A stretch of DNA of 64,000 nt from Meyerozyma guilliermondii. Taxonomy: Eukaryota. The DNA lies in contig CP128819.1 in the NCBI GenBank assembly GCA_051546255.1, positions 1 to 64,000 on the forward strand, read 5' to 3'. The position numbers were made by a program, and so were the translations under genes. Within the stretch, counting starts at the first letter, position 1. Every line of letters begins with the position of its first letter. This document shows positions 41,067-51,881 of this stretch, in pieces. The notes under the pieces are model-generated. The model saw only the letters and a program-made list of their open reading frames with translations. It searched no databases and was not told the DNA's origin.

Positions 41067-44000
41067 ATGAAATCTGGTTTATTTGGATTAAGTTTGATTG
41101 CCGCAACATTTGCGAGAAATATTGTGTATCCAGAATGTTTTGAGGAACAAGTCAAGTTGGCATTGAATGTTGATAAATTGGAACCAAGCGTGTCTCCTTC
41201 GGGGATCAAGTTGGTGTTTGTTTATAAGGCTCGTGACACCAGCGAAGAGAATTTGGATGGAGAAATCACCAAGGTGGTGGATGCTGAAACGCGGACCGCT
41301 GAGTCAACCGCTGGGTTGGCTACGTCGACTGCTGGGTTGACCGCTGCTCCAACTCCCGCCACTATTGTGACAAATTTCCAATACGGTACTACCACCTCCA
41401 CCATCTATACCGCATCATCGACTCCAGCCTCCACCACATTTACGTCTGTCGAAAAATTGGAAACTACTCGAAGAAACCCTCTTGCAACGGGTGGAATCAA
41501 AATCTTTAAACCTCTTGCAGAGTCTATCGAGATTGCCAGCATAACCGATGGTGTGGTCTTTACAAACACCCTGTTTCCAACAAATGGACCAAAAATGCGG
41601 TATACACAGCCATCATTAACCACGAAATTTACCGTTGCATCTGCTATTCAGCTGGCTGACAGTTTGGCCAACAAAGCGTTGACAGAAGTTGCCAACACTG
41701 CCTTAGAGACCAACGATACTTTACTGTCAAGGTCACTTGAACTCTCACTGGTTGAGAAGCATGTTATAGTGGTAGAGTCATCGTGTGAACTGTCCAGTTC
41801 TCTCGAGCCATCCTCGTTCAGTTCCGAGCCATCGAGTATCCCGTTCAGGTCCAAGCCATCGAGTATTCCGTTGAGTTCGGGCAGGTACTTGAATCTGACC
41901 TCTGCACTGGCCACTTCCGCTCCTTCATCTGTCTTGGTTGCACCCCACTATTCTGCCTCTTCAATTGCAAGCTCGCTGTCTTGCTACTCAAGCTCTGCAT
42001 CGACTGGCTCGCTGTCTGGCTACTCAAGTTCTGCAACATCAGCTGGCTCGCTGTCTGGATATTCGAGTTCTGCATCATCAATTGCAAGCTCGCTGTCTGG
42101 ATATTCAAGCTCAGCTCCTTCCTCATCGCCAGAAAGTGAGAGCTCAACCTCCGAGTCTTCCGTTGCTCTGTCGGCAAGTGTGACGGAATCCTCTAGCGAG
42201 TCAACAATTGCAACCTCGACCCAAACTTCGTCGGCTGCTTCGCCTCGATTATTTAGGGTCTTCTCTTCAACTTCGACTGCAAATGGTTTCACAGGCGATT
42301 TGTTTAAGGCAATTTCCACCAACGCCGTCTCAGGTAAATTTCCTAAACAAAGCTTACCATTGGCAATTCCATCTGGTGTGACAAACTCGGATAAATACCA
42401 AACCAACAAGTTTTATGTCAATCTCTTTCTTGGTGATCAAACCGATATGATCTGGTCTTATCCCTATGGAATGCAGTACCTGAAGTCAACCTACTACGGA
42501 TGGGCAGTACAACATACGATCCCCAGCGCTCGAGTATTTGGTAATGTCAATTCCAACAACAACAATCCCTCATACTTTTTCAATCCAATCAACATCAAGG
42601 AATTGATTCTTTCAGCAACGTCTTTCACATCAAATCTCAAGATGTCAGTCTCCAACATGAAGGTAATGTCGGCTTTGGTCAAATTAGGACTGGCAACTAA
42701 CTATATCGAGGTCCCTGTGGTGCAAGGTATGGGATTCGTTACTTCCATATACCATGGAAATCTCATACCTCAAATAAACTCAGGAGTTGGAGTCAAAACT
42801 CTCGTGAAGGAAACTTCCTCCAACTTGTTGTCCAACATATTGAAATTTAGAGCAACTCTTTTCAGCGGCACTGAATATTTGATATATGTGACGTTTCCCA
42901 GTGGTACGTCCACCAGCGGATTCACATTTTCAGTTTCAAATTCGAATACAATCAAAGCATCTAAGAATATCAATGGTTTGATGATTCAAATTGCCGTGGC
43001 CCCATCATCGTCACAGGACAAATACTACGACCAGACGGCAGGAACGTATGTTACTGAATCCAAAATCAAGGCGCATGGTTATGGTGGAACGACCGCTGAA
43101 TATCGATTCTCATACATTAAAGCAGGTTCATCAAAATCCAACTTACCTATTGTGTTTTTATTGCCTCACCATGTTGACCTGATTGATGCAACCACCAAAA
43201 ACGCTGTCACTGGTATCACCTTGTCATCCACAACTAAAGGAACAATGTCTGCTTATTTGGCTAGCGAAATCATCATGAATGAATCGCTAAACTACAACAT
43301 TCAGTTTTTGCCTTGGGTTCAACAAATGGGTACAACTGCACCATTTTACACGACGAATCAACTCAAGCTTCTTGCACTGGCGGCCAATACTGAGTTATCG
43401 GTAGATATAAAGACGATGGTCTTATCCATGAACTCAAACTACTATTCAGGAAAGGTTCTTGATAAATATGCTTACATTCTCTTGGTTGTGAGTGATATCA
43501 TTGGTGACGAAACATTAGCAAAGTCAACCTTGAAAATACTCAAGGACACTTTTGCAGTGTTCACCAACAATCAGCAATATTATCCCTTGATGTACGATAC
43601 GAAGTTTGGAGGAATTACTTCGACTGCATCACAAGGAGGTGATACTGGCGCTGAATTTGGAAGCGCATATTACAACGATCATCACTTCCATTATGGATAC
43701 TTTGTACATGCTGCAGCCATCATTGGATATGTCGACAAGAAATACGGAGGAACTTGGTATAAAGATCAACAGTTTTGGGTGAATGCGCTCATCAGAGATG
43801 TAGCGAATCCATCGCCAGATGACAAGCAATTTCCCGTATTTAGAATGTTCGATTGGTTTGCTGGTCATTCATGGGCATCGGGGCTTTTCGCAGCCGGTGA
43901 TGGTCGTAATGAGGAATCGAGTTCTGAAGATTACAACTTTGCGTACGGAATGAAGCTTTGGGGTAAAGTATCAGGCAATCAAAGAATGGAATCAACAGGA

Positions 44001-44450
44001 GATCTTATGCTCGCGGTGATGAAGAGAAGTATGAACATGTACATGTACTATACTTCATCAAACTCGGTTGAACCATCACAGATACTTCCAAATAAAGTAT
44101 CTGGTATCTTGTTCGATAACAAGATTGATTACACAACTTATTTTGGAGCACCAAACGCACATCCCGAGTATGTCCATGGTATTCATATGCTTCCAATTAC
44201 ACCAGCATCTTCACTCATTCGAGGCAGTGCATACGTAAAGGAAGAATGGCAAGATCAAATCTCCACATTTATCTCCAACGTCAAAGACGGATGGGCAGGA
44301 ATTTTGCGATTGAACCAAGCGCTCTTCGACGCATCTTCTTCGTACGCATTCTTCTCCTCGAGCTCATGGTCTTCTGCCTACCTTGACAACGGTCAAAGTC
44401 GGACTTGGAGTTTAGCGTTTTCGGCCGGTGTCAGCAACGCATTGAGTTAA
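41067..44450 (+). CDS. ENG1: Endo-1,3-beta-glucanase, GH81 (Eng1/Dse4-like), with signal peptide and Ser/Thr-rich stalk
   Basis: QTNKFY.NL, YNDHHFHYGY, FDWFAGHSWA.G, DGRNEESSSED and HGIHMLP motifs. Confidence 0.93.
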   Translation: MKSGLFGLSLIAATFARNIVYPECFEEQVKLALNVDKLEPSVSPSGIKLVFVYKARDTSEENLDGEITKVVDAETRTAESTAGLATSTAGLTAAPTPATIVTNFQYGTTTSTIYTASSTPASTTFTSVEKLETTRRNPLATGGIKIFKPLAESIEIASITDGVVFTNTLFPTNGPKMRYTQPSLTTKFTVASAIQLADSLANKALTEVANTALETNDTLLSRSLELSLVEKHVIVVESSCELSSSLEPSSFSSEPSSIPFRSKPSSIPLSSGRYLNLTSALATSAPSSVLVAPHYSASSIASSLSCYSSSASTGSLSGYSSSATSAGSLSGYSSSASSIASSLSGYSSSAPSSSPESESSTSESSVALSASVTESSSESTIATSTQTSSAASPRLFRVFSSTSTANGFTGDLFKAISTNAVSGKFPKQSLPLAIPSGVTNSDKYQTNKFYVNLFLGDQTDMIWSYPYGMQYLKSTYYGWAVQHTIPSARVFGNVNSNNNNPSYFFNPINIKELILSATSFTSNLKMSVSNMKVMSALVKLGLATNYIEVPVVQGMGFVTSIYHGNLIPQINSGVGVKTLVKETSSNLLSNILKFRATLFSGTEYLIYVTFPSGTSTSGFTFSVSNSNTIKASKNINGLMIQIAVAPSSSQDKYYDQTAGTYVTESKIKAHGYGGTTAEYRFSYIKAGSSKSNLPIVFLLPHHVDLIDATTKNAVTGITLSSTTKGTMSAYLASEIIMNESLNYNIQFLPWVQQMGTTAPFYTTNQLKLLALAANTELSVDIKTMVLSMNSNYYSGKVLDKYAYILLVVSDIIGDETLAKSTLKILKDTFAVFTNNQQYYPLMYDTKFGGITSTASQGGDTGAEFGSAYYNDHHFHYGYFVHAAAIIGYVDKKYGGTWYKDQQFWVNALIRDVANPSPDDKQFPVFRMFDWFAGHSWASGLFAAGDGRNEESSSEDYNFAYGMKLWGKVSGNQRMESTGDLMLAVMKRSMNMYMYYTSSNSVEPSQILPNKVSGILFDNKIDYTTYFGAPNAHPEYVHGIHMLPITPASSLIRGSAYVKEEWQDQISTFISNVKDGWAGILRLNQALFDASSSYAFFSSSSWSSAYLDNGQSRTWSLAFSAGVSNALS

Positions 44451-44625
44451 TCGAAAGGTTGCTCCAATCTCTATTCCATGCTATCCACAGCTATCTCTAT
44501 CACAACTACAGCTATCACTGCTCTAGCTGTTGTCAACCAAGATTCGCCAAACTTGGCACTTCACTATCTACTTGCTATCTCACTTGCTACATATTCTCAA
44601 CTCCAATAAATTACATGCTATATGC

Positions 44626-45399
44626 TTAGTCAAATGCCAACTGTTTTTTGATTTCGGCGATGGCTCTACCTGGGTTCAAACCCTTTGGACAGGTCCTGGC
44701 ACAGTTCATGATGGTGTGGCATCTATACAAAGACATGGAGTTTTGCAACATCTGCTTTCTGGCCTTGGTGGCCTCATCACGAGAGTCAATCAACCATCTG
44801 TATGCCTGCATCAACACAGCGGGTCCCAAGTACTCTTGCTGGTTCCACCAGTACGATGGACATGAAGTGGAGCAACAAGCACACAAAATACATTCATAAA
44901 GACCGTCCAACTTGGCTCTGTCTTCGATACTTTGCAAATTTTCTCTGCCGTCAGAAGGTAAGGTTTCTCTTTGCAAGTAAGGTTGAATGGACTTGTACTG
45001 CTTGTAAAAGTGAGTCAAATCAGGTACCAAGTCCCTCACGACAAACATATGAGGCAAGGGATAAATCTTGGTATCTTTACTGGTATCCTTGTCGATTTTA
45101 CATAAACAAGCCAAGGTGTTAATTCCACCAATATTCATGGCACAAGATCCACAAATACCCTCACGACAAGATCTTCTGAAGGTCAAGGTGGAGTCCTGTT
45201 CGTTCTTGATTTTCAAAATAGCATCGAGAACCATAGGACCACATTGGTTAAGATCGACTTCATAAGTTTTCATTTGAGGTTCAACCTCGGGTGTGTCCGG
45301 ATTCCATCTATAGATTTGGAACTTTTTAAGAGCAGGTTGCTGGGCCAGGGTGGCCAATCCTCTGAAGGGGATTCTCTGTCTGAGTACGGATTTGATCAT
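44626..45399 (-). CDS. SDH2: Succinate dehydrogenase iron-sulfur subunit
   Basis: [34 protein letters not shown] and CHTIMNC...CPKGLNP motifs. Confidence 0.99.
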   Translation of the reverse strand: MIKSVLRQRIPFRGLATLAQQPALKKFQIYRWNPDTPEVEPQMKTYEVDLNQCGPMVLDAILKIKNEQDSTLTFRRSCREGICGSCAMNIGGINTLACLCKIDKDTSKDTKIYPLPHMFVVRDLVPDLTHFYKQYKSIQPYLQRETLPSDGRENLQSIEDRAKLDGLYECILCACCSTSCPSYWWNQQEYLGPAVLMQAYRWLIDSRDEATKARKQMLQNSMSLYRCHTIMNCARTCPKGLNPGRAIAEIKKQLAFD

Positions 45400-46158
45400 G
45401 ATGTGGATTTAATGTGATCAACAGAAGAAGTGAGAAGATAACCCCGGAGGATTTGAAATGAATATTTCCCGCGGTCCTATTGGCCGGTTATATGCAGGAG
45501 AAAGTCCGGGGAGACGGACTACCGAAAACCAGAAGTACCAAGAAAACCAAAAGAAGAACGACAAGAAATTTGAAACATATGTTGAGTAACAAGCTCATAT
45601 GACTCAATTGAACAGTTTTCGTTGCCATCTTTTTGACCATCAGCTTATATGAAGGTATTAACCGAAAAAATCTAAAAACTAACGAAGAAATTGGACAAAC
45701 TACCAAATATCTTCCAATCTATGTGGTTCTTCAATTCCCTTTGACCAAACGTTCCATCATTCAATATCTTTCCTTCTACGGCCGACCTCGGCACTGGAGC
45801 ACGTGACCACGGAGTTCGGGCCGTGAGCCCTTAGCGTGTGGAACTTCCTTATCTGCAATTAAGAAAAAAACCGCGCTTCTATGCGTCCCGATCCATTTAT
45901 TGCGGCAAGAACAGTAACTTTCGTAGTGGTTCCGGTCTAGCCGATCGGCCTTCGATGCTTGCTCCCTGCACACAACAAAATGGCTCGTTACCGGAGTGCT
46001 GCACGACTGCACATAACCCTGTCACCCCCACACATGTTGCATAATGACTTCCAAAATCGAACGAGAGAAACAACTCGGGAACATGGCGCCGTATCCGGTC
46101 CTTGCTATAAAATGGGCACGATGCCCCAATTCCTCATTATCAATTTGAACTACGAAAA

Positions 46159-47298
46159 ATGAGCAAAGGAAAAGTACTTCTCTGCCTCTACCGTGGAGGT
46201 CAACATGCCCACCAAGTTAAGGGTCTTTTGGGATGTGTTGAAAATGAATTAGGAATTCGCAAGTACATCGAATCCAAGGGATACGAACTTGTTTCCACCG
46301 ACAGCAAGGACCCAATTGGTTCTTCTGAAGTGGACAAGCACCTCAAGGATGCCGAAGTTGTTATCACAACTCCATTCTACCCTGCCTACATTACCAAGGA
46401 AAGAATGGCTAAGGCACCAAACTTGAAGATCTGTGTAACTGCCGGTGTTGGATCTGACCACGTTGACTTGAACGCAGCAAACGAGCATGGTATCACCGTT
46501 ACTGAGGTCACTGGTTCCAATGTTGTTTCCGTTTCTGAGCATGCCGTTATGACCATTTTGGATTTGGTTCGTAACTTTGTTCCTGCTCACGAACAGGCTG
46601 TTAGCAAGGGCTGGGACATTGCTGGAGCTGCCATGAACCTGTACGATTTGGAAGGTAAGACCGTTGCAACCGTTGGTGCTGGTCGTATTGGATACCGTAT
46701 TTTGGAGAGATTGATCGCTTTCAACCCAAAGAAGTTGTACTACTACGACTACCAGGGTCTTTCCAAAGAGTTGGTTGACAGATTGAACAAGGCTTCTGAG
46801 GTGTTGAACGGTCGTGGAGACATTGTTGAACGTGTGGAGAACCTTGAGGACATGCTTGGCAAGTCCGATGTGGTTACCATCAATGCTCCATTGCACGAGA
46901 AGACCAAGGGTTTGTTCAACAAGGAGTTGATTTCCAAGATGAAGGATGGTGCTTGGCTCGTCAACACTGCTCGTGGAGCCATTTGTGTTGCTGAGGATGT
47001 TGCCGAAGCTCTTGAGTCTGGAAAATTGAGAGGTTATGGTGGAGATGTGTGGAACGTGCAACCAGCTCCAGACAACCACCCATGGAGAACCATGCGTAAC
47101 CAATTCGGTGGAGGTAACGCTATGACTCCTCACATCTCTGGTACTTCTTTGGACGCTCAAGCTCGTTACTCTGCTGGTGTTCAAAACATTTTGGAGAGTT
47201 ACTTTAGCGGTAAACACGACTACCGTCCTCAGGATGTGATTGTGTCTGGCGGAAGATATGCCACCAAGTCTTACGGTGAAAGAAATGACGGCAAGTAA
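46159..47298 (+). CDS. FDH1: NAD-dependent formate dehydrogenase (copy 2)
   Basis: Same motifs as 19683-20831, with long identical DNA tracts shared between the copies. Confidence 0.96.
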   Translation: MSKGKVLLCLYRGGQHAHQVKGLLGCVENELGIRKYIESKGYELVSTDSKDPIGSSEVDKHLKDAEVVITTPFYPAYITKERMAKAPNLKICVTAGVGSDHVDLNAANEHGITVTEVTGSNVVSVSEHAVMTILDLVRNFVPAHEQAVSKGWDIAGAAMNLYDLEGKTVATVGAGRIGYRILERLIAFNPKKLYYYDYQGLSKELVDRLNKASEVLNGRGDIVERVENLEDMLGKSDVVTINAPLHEKTKGLFNKELISKMKDGAWLVNTARGAICVAEDVAEALESGKLRGYGGDVWNVQPAPDNHPWRTMRNQFGGGNAMTPHISGTSLDAQARYSAGVQNILESYFSGKHDYRPQDVIVSGGRYATKSYGERNDGK

Positions 47299-47694
47299 AT
47301 GAATAGATGATCAAGTAGAATGCAAAATCAAAAATTCAGAAAACGTAGTACGAAAGGAAATGAGAGTCGAATGAAAAAGCTATTATACAAAAATCAAAAA
47401 TTATGCAAAAATGAAAAAATACAAAAATGCAAAAGTGAAAGTGTAGTAAGGAATAGAATTGCAATAGCAGACTAGTAGAAAAAAAGCAATTCAACCTAAA
47501 TTCATTGAAACACTCTTTTCGCATCTCAATATTCACTTTGGTCTTCTCAATATACACTTTTTCCCATACTTAATATCGCATGTGCTCATTACTATTTACA
47601 ATATTTGCTATCGTACAACCATTTTCACCATTCCACTCCATAAATTGTAAAATTTCCACTCCATTTCCTTTCCATTTGAATTTACATTTTGAAC

Positions 47695-47991
47695 CTACTC
47701 GGTGATGGAATCTTGCATCACAAGTTTTCTGGAATGCGAATCAAAATGTTCGCTGATTTCCTTGAAAGTCATTGCCTGAGGGTCGGCTTCCATGCTGTGT
47801 TTGTCCTTAAAAGTGACTTTTACGATGGGTTTTTCAGATGCTGGAGAAGTGGAAGTGAGTACCTTAAAGTCCACAGCACAGGTTGCACGCAACGAAGTGG
47901 GTATTCTGGACAAGAAGAGCCGGGCGGGTTTGGCACTGGCCGCAAAAGGGTCAAATTTGACCGATACCTTGGTGAAATATTTTGTGATCAT
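47695..47991 (-). CDS. MRPL44: Mitochondrial ribosomal protein L44 (mL53)
   Basis: MITKYFTKV.V.F.PF...AK.ARLFL..IP...P.V.VTFKD...HFD.HSRKL. Confidence 0.93.
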   Translation of the reverse strand: MITKYFTKVSVKFDPFAASAKPARLFLSRIPTSLRATCAVDFKVLTSTSPASEKPIVKVTFKDKHSMEADPQAMTFKEISEHFDSHSRKLVMQDSITE

Positions 47992-49998
47992 GATTTGACT
48001 GGCGAGTCGGTTCAGAATTGAAAAATTAATTGGGAGTGGATGCAGGACTGGAGGGTTATATGCAGAGAGTATGATTGCAAACACTGAATACCAGAACGGC
48101 CCATGTATTATATTTTGCTGATTAATCCTTGTCAAGGACATTTTAATCAAGAAAGAAAGAAAAGAATTGTTTATTTTTTTGATGTAGATTATGAACCAAG
48201 GTACTCTTCAGTAACTTAGCTTTTAAAATCGCTGGATGAATCTCTTTCAGTCTCAATTTATGCTTCCTCGAATTACTCCAGCGAATTGAGCTGTTCAATA
48301 AGCAGAAAAGCTGGGTAGCGAAAAGAAGAACACTTTCTTTTAGCAAATACGCAGGCTCTTCGATGCCTTACTAAACCAATTCTAAGGTACTTTAAAGACG
48401 GAAATAATTTGAAAGTGAGTCAAATCTTCATTTTTGTTAGTGATTGACCTTCACTATGCTTTGGTCGAATTCTCCATTTAGCTATGAAGGCTTACCGGTA
48501 CTAATTTTCACAGTCTCAGAATTGACTGCGACTCGAATTGACTGCGACTCGAATTGGCTGCGAATTTCAATTTCAATTTCAATTATCGCAAACTACGAAG
48601 GTTCCGGTTCATTAATACAACGCTAAAATGAACTGTGGGTTCATTTTATCAGCCGATACTTGGCCAAAACAACCACATGCTCACACGCCACAACCACATT
48701 AAATTTAGCAACCTAAAACACAATTTTAGTCGCATGACGAGCCACAATTCTACTTATTGTATTAAGGTTCTTCCCCAAAAAAACCATTCAAACTGAGGGG
48801 CAACTCCGCAACTCAGAACTTCAGCCTTCAAAAGTCACTGCCTACTCTCGTATATGTATATTTGAGTGGGGTAATCTTTCGTTATGAGCAATGGCTAGAT
48901 GATCTCATTTTACATCACTATTCAACTTAAGAACACATGCAATTGAGGCTGTTGGAGTCTTCCATCGTATTTGACTAAAATTGTATGGAGATTGGTTTTG
49001 GAATTGGTTTTGGTAACTTGTTCAACATCCAAAATAAACCTGCGCAAAAATAATTCGCGAACATTTTTTTAGTTGCATTATTGTGGCAACTAAAACCGTG
49101 CGTCCAACGCATTAAAGATCGCGTAAAAATCGTGTATCTGGTGTTCTGTGGTCCCATACCGGCATGGTGGCTCTTAAAATACTCTTTTGTTGGTCCAAAA
49201 TGGTTAAATTAGCAACTTGAGCCGAACAAAAACAAACCGAATAAAACCGATCCCTTCCATGAAATCGATCAAAACCCGTAATCGATCAAAACCAGCCTTC
49301 TCCAAATCCTGCAATTGAGCTGTGTCAAAACTCCCAATAACCCCTGAATCCATTGATCTCCAAAACAATTAACCTCCTTTTGGCTCGCTTCCGTGTTGAC
49401 ACCATTTCTACAAGACGCGACTTATTTTTTTAGGCCATCTAACGGTGTTTTCTTGTTTCCCCTTTCACTTTCCACCGTTGCTCCCCCTTAATTACGACCT
49501 ACTAACGGAGAAACTTCTCGCGAACCCTATTGTTCGGCCTTTGGTTCGCAGCGGCCGCCAGCATTATCTTGTTCCATTGTTTTGACTTTCGCATCATCGA
49601 CCTGTCATTGACAAATTGGGTAATAATAATATCAAAATGGTGAAGACATTGTTTCCACACGTGATGATACCACCTTAAAGGCTGGTTCAATAGACCTGGT
49701 TGCGAACCTTAGCACGCAATTTATGTGGCTTATTATGTTTGGAACAATCGTCGGCCTACCTCCCGTCGTCTGCACACCCCTACTCATACCAATACGGTGG
49801 TGGTTACCCCCGAAGGAGCGGTGTGGTTTGGTTTGACGTGTCCCACGTATTGTTTCTAATGGGCACAATAGCCTCCATCCACAACACTCCTTCAATGGTA
49901 CCGAGCGTATAAAACCCCACCGCAACCCAAATCCCTCTTCCTACGTGAGTTTCTCTGCCTCATTTTCCTTCGTTTGTATTTACTCATAAGGCTGCCAG

Positions 49999-51705
49999 AT
50001 GTTCACTAAATCTGCAGCGGCAGCGATTGCCCTCACTGCATCTTCGTTTCTTCTCGGAGGTGCTGAGGCAAACAACAAATATTTGTACAACGATTACACC
50101 GACTTGGCTGCAAAACAAGAAACCAAAGCCTACTGCTTGGACAATGACTTGGTTCAGATCGATGCTACCGACTTGAATAAGAGACATTTGATCTCAGCTG
50201 ACGCAGGCATTGCTGCCGAAATTGACACTCCAGTTGCTGACGCCGCTGCTGCAATTGGAGCAGACGCTTCTATTCTCAAGAGACACTTGGTTGAGGCCGG
50301 TCTTGGAGCTGCTGCCGATCTCGATGTCTTGGGACTCGTTTCTGCCGAAGCTGGACTTGGAGCTGATGCTTCTATCCTTAAAAGACACTTGGTCGAAGCC
50401 GGTCTCGGAGCTGCCGCTGAAGCTGACATTGCTGGTCTTGCTTCGGCTGGTCTTGCCGCCGGAGCTGAGGGTTCCATTCTCAAGAGAGGTTTGGCTGACG
50501 CTGCTGCCGGTATTGGTGCTGGACTCGACACTCCTATCGGAGGAGCTGAAGCTGGAATTGGCGGTGCTGCATCCATTCTTAAGAGACACTTGGTCGAGGC
50601 CGGCATTGGAGCTGCCGCTGCAGCTGATATTGCTGGTCTTGCTTCTGCTGGTATTGCCGCTGGCGCTGATGCTTCTATCCTCAAGAGAGGATTAGTTGAC
50701 GCTGGTCTTGGCGGTGCCGCTGCAGCTGACATTGCTGGACTTGCTTCCGCTGGAATTGGTGCTGGAGCCGAAGGTTCTATTCTCAAGAGACACTTGGTCG
50801 ATGCTGGTCTTGGAGCAGCTGCCGATCTTGATGTCTTGGGACTCGTATCTGCTGAGGCTGGACTTGGCGTTGAGGCTTCTATCCTTAAAAGACACTTGGT
50901 GGAAGCTGGTCTCGGAGCTGCTGCTGAAGCTGACATTGCTGGTCTTGCTTCTGCCGGTATTGCTGCCGGAGCTGACGCTTCAATCCTCAAGCGTAGCTTG
51001 GCTCAAGCTGCCGCTGGACTTGGCGGTGAGATCGACGCTGGCGTAGCTTCTGCTGGAGCTATGGCCGAAGCCGAGGGCTCTATCCTCAAGAGAGTTCTCA
51101 AGAACATCGCAGACGCCAAGCAGGTTGTCTTGAGTGCATTCACTGGATCCGTCCCTAAGGCTTCGTTCACCGTATCGGACGTTGCTTGGGTCAAGGATGA
51201 CTTGTTCAAGGTGACCATCAACTTTGCTACCCAAGATGCCGCTCAATTGTTCGCCAAATTCCAAGACGAGTTGAAGTCGCTTCTGCTTTCTGGAACTGAA
51301 GACGAAAACAAGGTGTTGTGGGATGGTAGCTCCAAGAGCCAGATCGACAACTTTAACCAATGGTCTGCCTCTGTGTTGGTCAAGGCTTCCAAGCACCAGA
51401 ACCTCTACTGTTTGCCAGACGACTTTGCTATTAAGTTTGACTGGAACGCAAACGACTCCAGTGAATTGCATAAACTTTGGGCTGACTACTTTGATACCAC
51501 CTACGAGTACACTTTGTCTCAACAGTTCGACTCGGGAAAGAAGAAGGCCCGTCGTAACTACAAAGTCTCAAAGAGAGAGTACGAAGAAGGTAAGGCTACT
51601 CAGTCGAACTCTACTGCTGCTATTGATGAGTCGTCGTTGAAGGACCTTCAATCTTCTACCAATGTGTTGCCCAACTTCTGCTGGCCCGCACAGTGCTCTT
51701 CATAA
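49999..51705 (+). CDS. Secreted Kex2-processed repeat protein: nine 31-32-aa peptides followed by a Flo11/Rbt1-like domain
   Basis: Signal peptide; ten KR sites bounding repeats that end in SIL-KR; C-terminal FTVSDVAWVKDDLFKVTINF...NFNQWSASVLVKA...YCLPDDF.I.FDW...PNFCWPAQC resembles Flo11-type domains. Confidence 0.88.
   Translation: MFTKSAAAAIALTASSFLLGGAEANNKYLYNDYTDLAAKQETKAYCLDNDLVQIDATDLNKRHLISADAGIAAEIDTPVADAAAAIGADASILKRHLVEAGLGAAADLDVLGLVSAEAGLGADASILKRHLVEAGLGAAAEADIAGLASAGLAAGAEGSILKRGLADAAAGIGAGLDTPIGGAEAGIGGAASILKRHLVEAGIGAAAAADIAGLASAGIAAGADASILKRGLVDAGLGGAAAADIAGLASAGIGAGAEGSILKRHLVDAGLGAAADLDVLGLVSAEAGLGVEASILKRHLVEAGLGAAAEADIAGLASAGIAAGADASILKRSLAQAAAGLGGEIDAGVASAGAMAEAEGSILKRVLKNIADAKQVVLSAFTGSVPKASFTVSDVAWVKDDLFKVTINFATQDAAQLFAKFQDELKSLLLSGTEDENKVLWDGSSKSQIDNFNQWSASVLVKASKHQNLYCLPDDFAIKFDWNANDSSELHKLWADYFDTTYEYTLSQQFDSGKKKARRNYKVSKREYEEGKATQSNSTAAIDESSLKDLQSSTNVLPNFCWPAQCSS
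50185..51093 (+). repeat. Nine tandem 99-102-bp coding repeats
   Basis: Recurring TCTAT(T/C)CT(C/T)AA(G/A)AGACACTTGGT junctions. Confidence 0.92.
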
Positions 51706-51881
51706 TTCCTTCGTCATTTCGTGGACTAGTGTCCTTAATCAATGTTTTAAGCTACTTAAATTATAAATGAAAATCTTAAGCTCTAGCAACTTGTAGATAC
51801 TGTATACTGCGTCTCGTCTATCGTTTTCCCCACACATCCACCCACCAGCTGATAAGAGCAACCAACTGATTTACGCTCTAC

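Noticed and set aside
50154..50990. 278-aa antisense repeat ORF and other alternative-frame ORFs in the Kex2-repeat gene
   Set aside because: By-products of the GC-rich Ala/Gly coding repeats. Only the frame with the signal peptide and KR sites makes biological sense.
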